DNA of 63,628 nucleotides, filler included, from Rhabdomonas costata (taxonomy: Eukaryota): the NCBI GenBank assembly GCA_019059605.1. It is 26 parts of 26 records of this genome, joined end to end, with 100 filler letters (N's around TTAATTAATTAA, not from the genome) between each part and the next. Parts side by side here need not be neighbours in the genome. Positions count along the whole stretch, not along the records: positions 49,041 to 51,389 come from JAHMHO010003883.1; positions 51,490 to 53,838 come from JAHMHO010003884.1; positions 53,939 to 56,283 come from JAHMHO010003885.1; positions 56,384 to 58,732 come from JAHMHO010003886.1; positions 58,833 to 61,181 come from JAHMHO010003887.1; positions 61,282 to 63,628 come from JAHMHO010003888.1; 20 more parts are not named here. The stretch is one strand, 5' to 3'. The notes beneath the pieces are model-generated. The model ran no database searches, was not told where the DNA came from, and worked only from the letters and a program-made list of their open reading frames with translations. The position numbers and the translations under genes were made by a program. Shown here piece by piece: positions 51,183-63,336 of the stretch (its first letter is position 1; each line of letters begins with the position of its first letter).

Positions 51183-51287
51183 GTCCCTCAAAGTTGCCCA
51201 TGTAGAAGGCAGCTCTTTGGAGACCGCGTACCACCAGATCGCCGTGGACGGAGAGCTGTCTGAGGAATCTCTTGTGCAGGCATTGCG
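51183..51287 (+). CDS. Exon with a degenerate EF-hand-like motif
   Basis: LETAYHQIAVDGELSEESLVQALR; AG acceptor and GTATGT donor. Confidence 0.45.
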
Positions 51288-53948
51288 GTATGTCCATATT
51301 TGGTTTGCTCGCAAAAAAAGCTTATGGTTTATTCGCCAATTAGCTTCTGAAGTTATGTCATTCTGCTTCAAGCTTGTTCACCACAAAAANNNNNNNNNNN
51401 NNNNNNNNNNNNNNNNNNNNNNNNNNNNNNNNNTTAATTAATTAANNNNNNNNNNNNNNNNNNNNNNNNNNNNNNNNNNNNNNNNNNNNGGTGGGGGGGA
51501 AGGAGAAACCCCCCGCGGCCAACCCCTCGGGGGGTTTCTCCTTCCTCTCCGCCCCGCTCTCTGCCGCGGCCGCCGCGCCAGCCACTGCCAGCGCCTTCTC
51601 AGGTCCCCAGCACACTTCATTCTTCCTTTCCACAAGCCGAAACCTCATTTGGCTTTCCTGCCCATTCTCGCTTTGAACAAAAAGTCACTTGATCGAGCGC
51701 AAAATAGCGCGGTTCTTTTGTTTGTGCGTGTGTGACTTGAGTACGCCTGAATAAGTGATGGCTCATCCGAAGTGAAAGGTTGGCTCGATGGCTGATGGTC
51801 TCGCGCGATCCGGAAACTCGTGGAGACAGACTCCGGAGACCCAAGGAAGATACCGTGGGGTTTGGGAGGTGAGCACCCCGTGACTTTCACCGAGAGTCAA
51901 ATGCAATCAGTGCCGCGGATGCCATGATGTCATCGCACTCCAGGCACGTGCGCAGGTTACCACAAATTAAGGGACCACCTGAGGAAGGTGGGATCAGCCC
52001 CAAATCAGCCAGCGCGCGTTGCGCTGGACATGCACAGAATCCCCGTCGCTTTGCATCGGCGGCCCTGTCATGAGGAATCTTCTGGCTGCCCCTCTGCCTT
52101 TTGGGCTGCCACCTGGGCGCTTTGTAGTGCGCTGATAACTGGCTACAACCCCCGAAAGCGTTCCTGCCCTCTCCCATTCTCAGCTCATAGAAAGGCAACA
52201 AGTTTCAGAAAGGCCTTTCCTCGAGGAAAGCCCGTAGGGAGGAAGCCAAGGTCCCCTTTTCCTTCGGCCTTTGTGTCCCTCGCTTTCCTTCCGCGCACCC
52301 GTACATGCAGCTGCAGTCCCCAGCGCGTTTGGGCCCTCCACAGCGCCCTCGGCTGCAGTCCCGACCCCCGCCCTTGCCGTCGCCGCGGCCCCAGGCCCTG
52401 CTGCCTCCGCTTTACCCTCCGCCACCTCAGGTTTTTGTGTCTGTCCTTTTGTGCATGTTGTCAGTCTAGCCATATAGCCATAGATTCTTTTTTCTCCCGG
52501 TGCCTTCCTTAGACGGTGGTCGTCCTTCCGTTTCAGCTTCCTTGAAGCTATAGCCTTCATTGTGGCAACTGAGAAGCAAGCACAGATCGACTTCCGCAGT
52601 GCTGAAGCGAAGTTGCCGAGAGAGTATATGGAATGATGGTTTTTTTGGGGACAATGGGTGTGCGAGCAGATATCTTATGGCAAAGCGCGAGGGGGTGACG
52701 CATTTCTTTGCTCGTATGTTGTCACGCAACAGCTATCAGTGGGTCTACCACCAAAGAGTACTTCTGCGATGGGTCTGCTCCCGCCGAGGTCTGCCAGCAC
52801 CCCCTCCCCCCTTTCTCTCTCTCTCTCTTCGTCTGCACTTTGATATTGCCCGCATATTGCCAACGGCGTTCTTTCCGGACTGCGGGTGGCAATTCATAGA
52901 TTATCTTCGGAATGCTTCCTCGGATGCATCGGACATGAATTGCGATCAAAAATCAGTGTCGGTCTGCTCAGCCAGGCCTGGTCCTCAGTCGCATGACAGG
53001 TGGGGAGGGGGATACACAGTTTCATTGCACGGTGGAGAGTGCCCTCTTCAGGGCTGTGCTAGCGACACCAAACCTCAGCAGCTAATGCGGCCCCACAAAT
53101 CAACGGTTCCTGCAAAACATACGGCGCAAGCGTTGGTCGTCCAAAACGGGTCTCTTTACCCGTGATGAGATTTATGACCAGCTGGTGAACGCCCGCACTG
53201 TGACGATTCACATGCATTAAGCCAAAACTCGTACATCAATTGCTATCATCGGTGGGAGCCGCTTCTCAATAGCTCGTCAAAGATTGTATGTCAGGAACTG
53301 GAGCATTACGATGGATGACCAGATGTTGTGAACCGCATCACTTAACTAACTCTTCCCCAACCACTCCTCGATCTCCCTCCACATGAATGGAGTTATATCC
53401 ACCCTACTGTTCCAGAAGTCGAGCATCTTCCATGCTCCAATCCCACCCATTCCAAAGCAATCACTAGCGATCTCCAACCATTCCAGTCCGAGGTTTGAGC
53501 CTCAATGATTCTATCCGCTTCTGCTGGAGGTTAAGGGCGTCGATTTTACGACGTTGACCTCCAACGGCAGGTCTTTGGCAGTTTGTTGTCTGGTAAAAGG
53601 TTGCATTGTAGAATTGGCAGCGGAAAGAATTCAGCGTATTGAGGCACGTGCAGTAGGATGGTGCAGGTTGTCGGCTTTGAGATATTCTTTGGTCCAGCTT
53701 CGCTCGGAGGAAACGGCAGAGATTCTTACCGTGGTTGTAAAGATGATGAGGTGGGACATTCAGGTTGAAGTAATATGATTTGCCTGTTGCATTTTTCTGG
53801 CTCTTGTAGCATAGTCCAAATTCCAGTTGAAAGGGGCGNNNNNNNNNNNNNNNNNNNNNNNNNNNNNNNNNNNNNNNNNNNNTTAATTAATTAANNNNNN
53901 NNNNNNNNNNNNNNNNNNNNNNNNNNNNNNNNNNNNNNGGGGGGTCAG

Positions 53949-55459
53949 GTTGTGTACCCCGAGTCGCAGTGCTACGACAGTGGCTTCGCAAGGCTGTGCA
54001 ACTTCAACTTGGGCTCGGCATCCAGCGACTTGTACTCCTTTCTTTACGACCTGCCTGCTGGGCACCTGAAGTTCGGGCCCCCAACGATCGCTCCCGGCTC
54101 CGCACCGCAGAAATACGTCGTGCTGGCGACCACTCTGCGGGCTCCGGTAGAGACCCCCCGCAGTGCTGCGCATGTCCCTCCCTTCGAGCGAGCTCTTTGG
54201 TTGAACAAGAAAACCTTGGTTTACAATTGTAAGATGCTGTTTCGAAATAGGTATCGAAGAAGATCCGCTTCGATGCGAAATTGATGGAGTGTGAAGTGCG
54301 TTTATTTGCATTGAGGAGCGGGGCGTAATCAAGTAATCAGGGAGCTCCTTTGCGCGTTTCTGGGTGCGAGTGCCACCACTGGATCCTGCCTTTAACTATC
54401 GGTGGGTGTGTCCGGTCGTGTGTGTGGTGCTTGGGTTCGGTGTGGCTAGTGTGTGTCCCTTCTCGGTCAGGCCATCACCGGATACAGCCAACATCCACCG
54501 GCCATCGTTCTTCCACCACTCGAAATCCTGCTAACCTTTCCCTTGCTGCTCGTCCCCTGCTCATTGCCTGTGTATGGTAATACGTCCTGTGACCCTTGCA
54601 GCTCTGAGACTCTTTCAGCCGTCTGCAGAAGACTCAATTCATGGTGTAATGAAAAAGAAAAGTGAGTCATGAAATTCTCGGCAATGGAGAGGTGGACCCC
54701 GAATCCGTACCCCGGACCCCGAAGTCAGAAGGCGGGAAAAGCCCCATGATGGTTGAAAGACCTTAGCAACAGCAATGCCTCGGGCATGCATTGTGCATCT
54801 GGTTGGATGGATGCAGGGTCCGGCAGTTTTTTGTTGTTAAACCTAAAAGACGGAAAAGGAAAGGAAAATCCAAAGGTCCAAAGGCTTTCGATTTTCTAAA
54901 AAAAGCCAAGACGCAACAGCCCAGCAGAAACAACACATTGTCATCTGATGTGGTGGGTATGAGCCATGGAGGGATTGAAGTGGTGTAGCCTGTTTTTGTT
55001 TGTGAACATACCAGGCCGGTGTAGCAGGCTACACCGTAAACTGCGAGTGCCACGAAGGACCACCGGCAGAAATATAGGCTGAAAAGATTTCTCTGGTACG
55101 GAATGTCACATATTAAGTTCTCAGTTTGGGGGTGTTACTAGCCTTATGATGTGAAAAAAAAAGAATGTGAAAAAATGAAATGATGTCAAAAAAAAGAAAG
55201 CACTCAAAATATTGCACCCCGTTGGTGGTTCAAATGGTGAACAATGTTGGCAGGTGCTGGTTTTCTTCTCATGCTCTGTGCATGCTCTTTTCAGGACAAC
55301 TCCCTGGTGGGGTTCTTCACCCGCAACGCGCAGTTCGACCAAATTGCGACCTACCTGGAGGGCCTTGTGGTGGGCCAGCCCTCGCAGCGTATGTACCTCG
55401 TGGAGCGGGCCACAGGGCTGCTCCTGGCCGCCAGCACCATCGATCCCGCGGCAAGGGCG
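53949..55459 (+). CDS. Cache-domain receptor protein (probably receptor adenylate/guanylate cyclase type), exons 53949-54146 and 55295-55459
   Basis: DNSLVGFFTRNAQFDQIATYLEGLVVGQPSQRMYLVERATGLLLAAST fits the dCache pattern; the cyclase domain itself is not in the contig. Confidence 0.6.
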
Positions 55460-56133
55460 GTGTGAAGACACACTCCCCTCCAATACACAGACTAACCCGG
55501 ACCGGGGGACTGGATAGGGCGCACACCGGAATGCTCATGTGACGTTGAGTCCAGAAAAAAGATGAAGAAAATATGTTCCTGCCTCACCCAGCCTCACCCA
55601 GCCCGGGGGAAGCAACCCTCATGGGTTTGCTTTGGACAAAGAATAGGAACGGAGTAAGGTAGAGGTATCGCGAGGCGTGAACTGAAACTGCTGCTACCTC
55701 GAGAGTGGGCTTCAGCGAGGATTCTCTTGTGGGCGTCAAGATTCCGGGGCCCCAAACAGGAGGTTTGCCATCAGCAAAGTAGGCTGCCAGGTCTGCATGC
55801 TTCAAAACAGCACAGACCCACACATCGGCACATGGCCGGACAAACATGAGTTGATCATGCGCACCCGGGCATATCTTCGTTCAAGGGATGACACATACCC
55901 GCGTTTTCTGTGTAAGCCGAGGCAGATCGATGGCGCTGGTCTGTGGTGAATCGTCACGCACAACAGTGTTCTAGGACCCCTTCATTATTTCCTTCTCGTC
56001 TGCGCTCTCCTCATGTGTATGCGTGTGTGTTTCCATCCCATCTTTTCATCACAACCTAACACAGTTGTTCAACTGTGATGAAGCGACTTGCTGAGTCAGG
56101 TGCTCTGGCAGTTGCGGGTGGGGAGAGGGGGTC

Positions 56134-56267
56134 ACGGTTATCAGTGGTAACCGTTTTTCTTGGAGAGTATATTTTTTTAAACGGCCCCTCCGGTCACGTT
56201 CCCGCCCCAGCCGTCCGCTCCGGCCGCGGCCGGTTCAAGGCAGTTTTCTGTTACCACTGGCAGCTGT
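56134..56267. mobile_element. MITE-like element with terminal inverted repeats
   Basis: CAGTGGTAAC (56142-56151) and GTTACCACTG (56250-56259), extending imperfectly to ~18 bp; related copy at 19054. Confidence 0.65.
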
Positions 56268-56383
56268 TAACCCCCCCCAACAANNNNNNNNNNNNNNNNN
56301 NNNNNNNNNNNNNNNNNNNNNNNNNNNTTAATTAATTAANNNNNNNNNNNNNNNNNNNNNNNNNNNNNNNNNNNNNNNNNNNN

Positions 56384-56410
56384 GTGCTGGGTGTGTTTGG
56401 TGGTTTGTGT
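56384..56410 (+). other. Probable whole-genome-amplification primer remnant
   Basis: GTGCTGGGTGTGTTTGG plus a G/T-only tail at the contig start; one mismatch from the GenomePlex-type primer sequence GTGTTGGGTGTGTTTGG as I recall it. Confidence 0.6.
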
Positions 56411-56556
56411 TAACGTGAAATATACTCTGTCGATTTACTTTTCTCTTTTTTTCTCTTTCCGTCCTTTTTATAGCCCCTGAGGTTTTTATTGGTCGTTTTG
56501 GAGTGCATCTGTGATTGGCCCTTGTTTGTGAGTCGCCTCGTTTTTGATGTAACGAG

Positions 56557-58732
56557 ATGAAGCTGGGTGTGGCGTTCAATGTTTTTGATGGGCATGAGCT
56601 TCTGGAGCGGGCGGTGGCCTGCATTCGGCCCTTCTGCGGGCACCTCGTCATCGTTTATCAGGTATGAAAAGATGAAGAATTGTGCAGTTTTGACGCCCAA
56701 ATTATCCGAAGCGTCAGTTGATCGCCAAAGTCATATGGGAAGGGAAGTTTTGCACCGCTGTGCATACACCCATATCCCACATCCTTCTCTTTCCGTCAGC
56801 ATCCCGGTCTTCCCAGCCAAATGATGGATTCGTTCAGTTCTTTCGCTTATCCCTGTTCTGGGGGTTCTACCAGGTGGGCCTATCTAGACTCTATCTAGAC
56901 TCTTCAGCCGGCTCCGGAACCTCACCAATCGTCGGGGTCCTCAACGGAATTGGGGGGGGTAGGACCACTTACTTCGGCCCAAAACCTGGCCCTATTCGCT
57001 GGGTGACATCCGCCGTGGTCATTCCTGGACCGGACCGGACCGGACAGAAACCTAGCATTGACCTAAGAATTCGAGCTAGACTGACGGGTTGGGGCTCATA
57101 TTTGGTGGTATGGTAGTACTCCTGAGATGAGTTGGTTGGCCGCTTCCTGGCCTTGGAGTCCTTCTCCACGGCGAGGTATGGCCCCTTCCCATTTTGGCCC
57201 TTTTAAGGGCATTTTCGACTTCGAAAATTTTTCAAGGGCCCGGGGTGCACTTTTCGGATCTTAGCAGGCCTGAATACCTAGCCTAAGCTGTCGGCCGGGC
57301 CTGCTTAGCATACCTAAGGGCACCGGAGTGGGCCTGAATGCTTCGGTTTAGAAGCCACGCGAATGGCCATTTAAGGGCCATTTTGGGGTGTTTTTGGGCC
57401 CTTACTGCCTTTTCACAGGCTTGGTAGGACCTTTTGTTTTTGCACTAGCATTACATCGGGCTTGGGCTTTGATAAGAGAAAGAACTTTAGGCTGGCACAC
57501 CGTCCGCCCCCCTGCACGCCAGCAACGATTTATTTCTTTGACTTTGCCTGCGCGCGTGTTTGGGAGTGTTTTCTTTTGCGGAGGCCAGACCATCTCGAAC
57601 TTTGGGCAGCCGTGCCACCCCGACCTGGTCCCCCTGCTCACCCGGCTGAAGGAGCAGGGCCTTGTGGATGAGTTGCTACAGTACCCCAGCACCGATGCGG
57701 GAACCGCGGACCCCTCCGCCCTGCACTTCGCCCGCGAGCAGAAGCGCAGACTGACCTCCCCATTTGCCAGCCTGACCGACGTCGGGGGCTCCACCGCGGA
57801 GATCGCGGAGCAGTTCCTGCACGAGCTGTGCAAGCGTGAGGTGGGCCGCGCGGCGTGTGCCGCAACGGGCTGTGAGCTCTTCATGACGATGGACTGTGAC
57901 GAGTTCTACCGCCCAGAGCAGCTCCAGTTTGCCATTCAGTTTATGGAGGATAACCCGGTCTACGAGGCATGCGCCTGTCTGATGAGGTAGACTGGCACAT
58001 GGCACAGGGAGGGGGGGAATAAATTGGATTTAATCAGGTGCGAGGCTAGCCTTGTGGCAGGTTGAGGTCAGCCTGTAATGACGCATTGTCGTAGAATCCA
58101 TGAAGCCGAGCAGAAAAGAACACAGTGATTTTCGTTTCCGGATGGATGCGATGCCCTTGAAATGGAAATCAGAGCTGTTAGCGGAGAGGTTGGTTTGCGT
58201 GTGCGTCAGATACTTCTACAAGTCGCCGACGCTGGAGCTGCTCCCGCCAGATGAGAAGAACTATGCCCTTGCGCTGTGCCGGTTACGTCCGGAGTCGGAG
58301 TTTCTGCTGGCCCACCCCTATCCCGTGCTGGTGGACCCCACGCGCACCCTGAAGGGGGTGCGACGGCTGAAGGTCTTCTCCCGGGAGGAGCTGCAGATGT
58401 ACCACTTTTCTATGGTGCGATCCCATCCTCCCTGTCCATGCGTGGATGACAATCAGCCCAGAGGGGTTGGGGTAGGGGGCTCAGCTTTCGCTCTTCCGAT
58501 TAAATGAGCAACGCGCCGCCACGACTTATGCAATCGCAGTCACCAGCCCAGTGCGAGGATTTTTTTTTTTGCCAAACACGCTTTACAGGTGCGGTCGCCG
58601 TGGGGGATTCTTAGCAAGCTTGCCAACGTCTCTAACCGCTCCAATTATCTCATGCAGCCCCAGGAGTTCCTGGAGCGGCTCGCAGGCTGGACTCCCGAGA
58701 GTGGCGGGCGGCCGCCCCATCCCCACACCCAC
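56557..58732 (+). CDS. GT-A fold (GT2-like) glycosyltransferase; exons 56557-56661, 57589-57986, 58210-58414, 58589-end
   Basis: MKLGVAFNVFDGHELLE..IRP..VIVYQ|TISNFG, KRE.G, DxD motif FMTMDCDEFY, VDPTR, MYHFSMVR; all junctions GT-AG and in phase. Confidence 0.8.
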
Positions 58733-58832
58733 NNNNNNNNNNNNNNNNNNNNNNNNNNNNNNNNNNNNNNNNNNNNTTAATTAATTAANNNNNNNNNNNN
58801 NNNNNNNNNNNNNNNNNNNNNNNNNNNNNNNN

Positions 58833-60876
58833 TGTGGTTTTTGTCAAGTCGTTTGTACACTTGTCGGATGGAGTGCAGGTGTTCATAAATCGCGTTGAAT
58901 ATTATAACATCGCCATAGTACGCTCCGGCAAAGTCACGGAGATCGTACAGGACAAAGTACGGTAGAGGTGGCATAACACAACACAAAGTGCATGACACTG
59001 TAGTGAAACGTGCCATAATTAGTCTTAAATGAAATAACGTGGACGTGCTTTGGGTACACTCGGATTTGGTGAAAGCCAGAGTTGAGGTCAATCTCGGTGA
59101 AGTAGCAAGCCTTCCACACATGGTCAATCATTTCGTCAATACATTGTTGTATTTACGCGTCTACTGTAGTGATTGCGTTCAAACGTCGGTAGTCAACACA
59201 GCGTGTAAGGTTTACGTTAGCATTGGGTGCAGATATGATGCCTGCTCCGAAAGGAGACACTGTGTGTTCAATGAATCCGAGATCCGTTAGTTTCTGAGAT
59301 GCTTTCGCAACCAATTATCTTCAGTGGTGGACAATCGGTAGAGTCGTTGATCTGGAACTATGGCTTCCTTTACTAGGTCGACTTTGTGATCAGTAGGCAT
59401 GGAGGGGGCATACATGCAAACTCTTTGTTGAGTTCAAAGACCTCCTTAGGTACGGAGGCCTTGCGGATTTTGTGGTAGAGGTTTTTGCTGGATCTCAACG
59501 AGACGTCTTGGTGCAGCTTTAGTCTTCTCTTGGATTCGGTTATGCTAGGCTAGAAATCTGCCAATATCTATCGGAGAGTTCCCCGGCGTCCTCTGAAGAG
59601 ATTTCAAAAATATCGAGTGGTTGTGAGGACTTCTCCGAATCAGCTAGGGGGCATCTGCATTGGCTGGTTTGCCTGGGTTTGCCTTCCATCTGTCTTGATA
59701 TCCACATGCTCTGGAAGTCGTCGGTGAGAAATCAAATCGACTCGTCTGGGCTTCTGCTACTCTGGTCCATTGTCACGCAGCGCCATTGCGTGGGGCTTGA
59801 TTAGCCTTTCTAGCCATTTAGAATACGTCATACGCAGGTAGGGCTGTGATCTTGTAGGTGATATCATGCCTAACAATCTGAACTTGGAGCTTTCTCCAAT
59901 CCACTCAAGTTTGATGTCTGAGAAGAAAGGTGTAGCCCAATACTACTGGAATGGGGGTGGAAATCACACGGAAGAACATACGCAAAGGCATTTTTCTAAG
60001 CAATGCGGACACTCTGACAAAGGTGTCGACCACCAAGGTTGTTCCGTTAGCGACTCTGAATGAAACCAACTGCTTCAGAAGCCTGCGCGGTATGTGCAGT
60101 TCAGTGACCAGGGCTTCGCTCATAAAGCAATCTTAAGCTTCTGAATCCAACAGGGCTGGCACTACATGTTTTCCAAATGTAAGCTGTAGGAAAAGTAGTG
60201 GCCTCGGCGGCGTAGAGTCTGGTCCTTCTTCAATAGAAACTTCATCGTCAGTGACCAACCGCTCAGGAAACAAATTTTCAGCTTTAGTTCTTCGAAACCA
60301 AGTAGTTGTTGCAAAAGAAACGTGGGGTTGGGGAAAGGAAAAATAATTTGGATGTTTTAGCATTCCTGGTCGATATCCCAGCGTTAACTGCTCAAAACGT
60401 CGCTTGACATGGGCACTGACCGCATCTCACATGACATTTGTTCTGTGTTGCGGTTGTACTGGTGTTCCACAACAGCGTAACGCACGTGAGTCGAACTTCC
60501 CTCAGTGGTGGAAGTCTCGGAACGCACGATGACGGTCGTTATTTGACTTGACACATATTGGCACATATTGACACGTAAGGGGTGCAACGCACACCGAAGA
60601 CGTCGCATCAAAACCGGCACAGAAGCAACCCTCATCTAGCGGTAAAGCGGTCGCTCTAGTTCCTGCTGTCGTCTTGATGACATGAGTCAAAGTTTTCAAA
60701 AGAAGTGGAAGTATACTTCAAACCTTTCCTTGATCCAAACGAGACTCAGATAGGCTACTTACGTCTCTTCAGAATAACTTGACCACTCAACACGAGCGGT
60801 TTTCTTCGCCGTTCGCAACACACGCATATCCGTGGGGTGTTCGCCGCGGGCGCGTTGTCGCTGGAAGATGACTCAT
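58833..60876 (-). pseudogene. Decayed Ty3/gypsy gag-pol (gag remnant, aspartic protease, N-terminal reverse transcriptase)
   Basis: Protease ALLDSEA..FMS..VANG..VVLGYTFL; RT FTEIDLNSGFHQIRV..G.F.Y.VM.F and AYYGDVIIF (YxDD mutated); many stops and frameshifts. Confidence 0.9.
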
Positions 60877-60893
60877 TTTAAATTAAGCCCAAC

Positions 60894-61170
60894 GCCTCGT
60901 CTCCACCATGTAGTCCGTATTTGCTGATACAAATTACCGTACAATACTTGTAACACTCTCCACAGCTCTACACAACAACACGTTCCGTTGTGGACAGCGT
61001 GGTGCTCACCCTCACCCTCACCAGGCTCCAATCTCATCTCCATTCCCAGTCTGACCTCTCAAAACCAACGCTACGCCCTCCGTCTCCACGTTCTACCGAC
61101 ACGCTACCAGACAGCCTGTGCTACTCTCTCGGTGACTCGGTCATCCTCTGATGACATTCTCTGATTAAGC
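60894..61170 (-). mobile_element. 5' LTR (partial, ends at 60909) and PBS (60908-60894) of the gypsy element
   Basis: Minus strand ...GGACTACA followed directly by TGGTGGAGACGAGGC, then an ATG at 60876. Confidence 0.7.
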
Positions 61171-61309
61171 CCCCAACACAANNNNNNNNNNNNNNNNNNN
61201 NNNNNNNNNNNNNNNNNNNNNNNNNTTAATTAATTAANNNNNNNNNNNNNNNNNNNNNNNNNNNNNNNNNNNNNNNNNNNNTTTTTGGGTGACACTTTGC
61301 ACGTCGCAC

Positions 61310-62259
61310 CTTTGCAGAGCAAAGTGCAAATTTGCAAAGGGAGCTCGAAGACAACGAGGACGACAATTTGGAGGAAGCTTCGCACCACTGGTGTACAAAG
61401 CGTTCCACCAAAATAATGTCTCTGGTAAATTTCAACTCTTAACCGCCTCTGATAGAGACCAGTTGGGTGGGCAGCACGGCACACCGTAAGCAGCTGTTGG
61501 TATTTCTCAAGAGCTTCTTTCTCCTTCCTTTGACCCTGAGGAAGAAATAGAGAATTGCGGACAGAATTTCAAAAGCCAATGATGAGCATCAGATTGCAAA
61601 GGAGATAGAGGGAGAGGGAGGACTGCGATAAATGCTGGGGAGAGGTGGGATGGTCGCGTACTGCGGAATTGGTCCCAGAGATATTTACGTGTGCGTGTGT
61701 GTGTTTGGTTGATGCACTGCGCTGGCAACCAGCTGGACACTCTGCACCGCTGGAACACAGCGCTTTCGGAAACTTCCAAGAGGCACAATTTTATTCCTTC
61801 ATCCTTCCCATGATCTCTCACGCAAATTCGCAACGCGCTTTGCCTGTGCACTTTGGTCCAGCAACATTAAAGAACAGGGAGGACTCCAGTTGCTAATAAG
61901 CAGTGATGAAAACACCGATGCACCGCGCGCACGCGCTTGAGCGAGACAGTAAAATAAAGTAGAGAGACAGTAAAACAACCACTGTAAAAGACGTGTGCAC
62001 TTGTTTCTTCAGCACGCAAGAATACACATACATACCAAAAGTTGCCGCGCTTCAGCAAGAAGGGGATGCTCCTGCAACTGAAAGCAAGAAACAACAAATT
62101 CGATTCGAATAGATCATGAAACGCTTGAGCAAAAAAAGCCAACCACACCTTGCTTGAGACGTAAGCTCGCTGCTGCGGCCACCGCGGAGGGGCGCACGCC
62201 CAGCAGCGCATTTGAGGAACGGCCCAACGCAGGCCGTGTCGGAACCTTGCTAAGCACAT
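61310..62259 (-). CDS. 5' exons of a probably mitochondrion-targeted protein (62259-62149, 62071-62036, ~61437-61310)
   Basis: Arg-rich, acid-free N-terminus MCLARFRHGLRWAVPQMR..RAYVSSK|EHPLLAEARQLL; TTTTAG just upstream of the ATG. Confidence 0.55.
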
Positions 62260-63152
62260 TGTGGGTTCTAAAAAATCGGAGGGCGGGGACGATAGCTGTG
62301 CATGAGAAACACTCCTACGACAAGCGCACACAAGGCAATACAAGTGCCAGTCTCTGCCGAATCCATTTGGCATGACGTTTCAAACAGTACGGATGCAAAG
62401 TGGAGGAAGTACGGATGCAAATTGCATCACTGTGTCTTTTTTCCTTTCACGAGCACATACATGCATTCCTGGATTGATCGGTTGGAGCACCCACATAGAT
62501 CAAGAACCAGTCAAAATACATAAAGAAAACTAGGTACAGCCTGAAAAACTCTGTGAACAAATGCACAACAGCAAAACCACAACAATTCGACAGAAGTTAC
62601 CACGAACGAGAGCAGTGCCACCGGCAAAGCATGCGAGCCCCCACGAGGGGGTACAGCTTCGCAGCATATGGCAAAGACGGCACGGGGGGGGCCCTCGTCC
62701 CCACCAAACATGCACAACAAAACATCACTTCCCCTCAAACCCACAGGTGCCCATGCGTCAGCAAAACACGCACAAACACACAGGAGCGTCTCTATTCCGG
62801 GAACAGGTGTAGCGCCGCGAAGAGCTCGACTCATAACTACTCCAGAGGACTGCTCGGACTCCGAAAAATTCACACACCACCATATTTTTTTTGGGGGGGG
62901 GGCGAGGAGTGTAACTAATTCGCCCATGGGACCCATGCATTGCTAGCGTAAGTGGAACGAAACGCCTTAAACTTTGAATGACCAAAACCAGACAGGAGGA
63001 AGAAGGCCTTGAGACAGCGACAACGAGAAAAGCCACAAGCTCTTCTTGGCGCACTTGAAACACCTTTGCCCTAGGCTTATCTAACACCGAAGCATGGTCA
63101 TGGCCCCCTCAGCAACACGAAAAAGAGAGAACGGACACTAGATAACGGGATC

Positions 63153-63336
63153 TTAGCCCCATGTCAGGGGGCGGACCAGGCTGAGGATCTGCTTCACCGC
63201 GTTCTGTAGAAGCAGGTCGGGGGCGTCGATGGCCTGTGTGACAGCCTCCTCTCCGTGCATCTCCCGCAGGATGGTGTACAGATTCAGGTGGACGTCCTGC
63301 CCTGGAAGCTCCTCCAGATTGGGCTCGTCGTCCTCC
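63153..63336 (-). CDS. Terminal exon of an unidentified protein
   Basis: CAG acceptor, GC3-rich EDDEPNLEELPGQDVHLNLYTILREMHGEEAV..QILSLVRPLTWG-stop. Confidence 0.65.

Noticed and set aside
2354-61281. Regularly spaced TTAATTAATTAA repeat resembling an array, and ORFs ending in X...LIN
   Set aside because: Artificial scaffolding linker; not CRISPR or any biological repeat.
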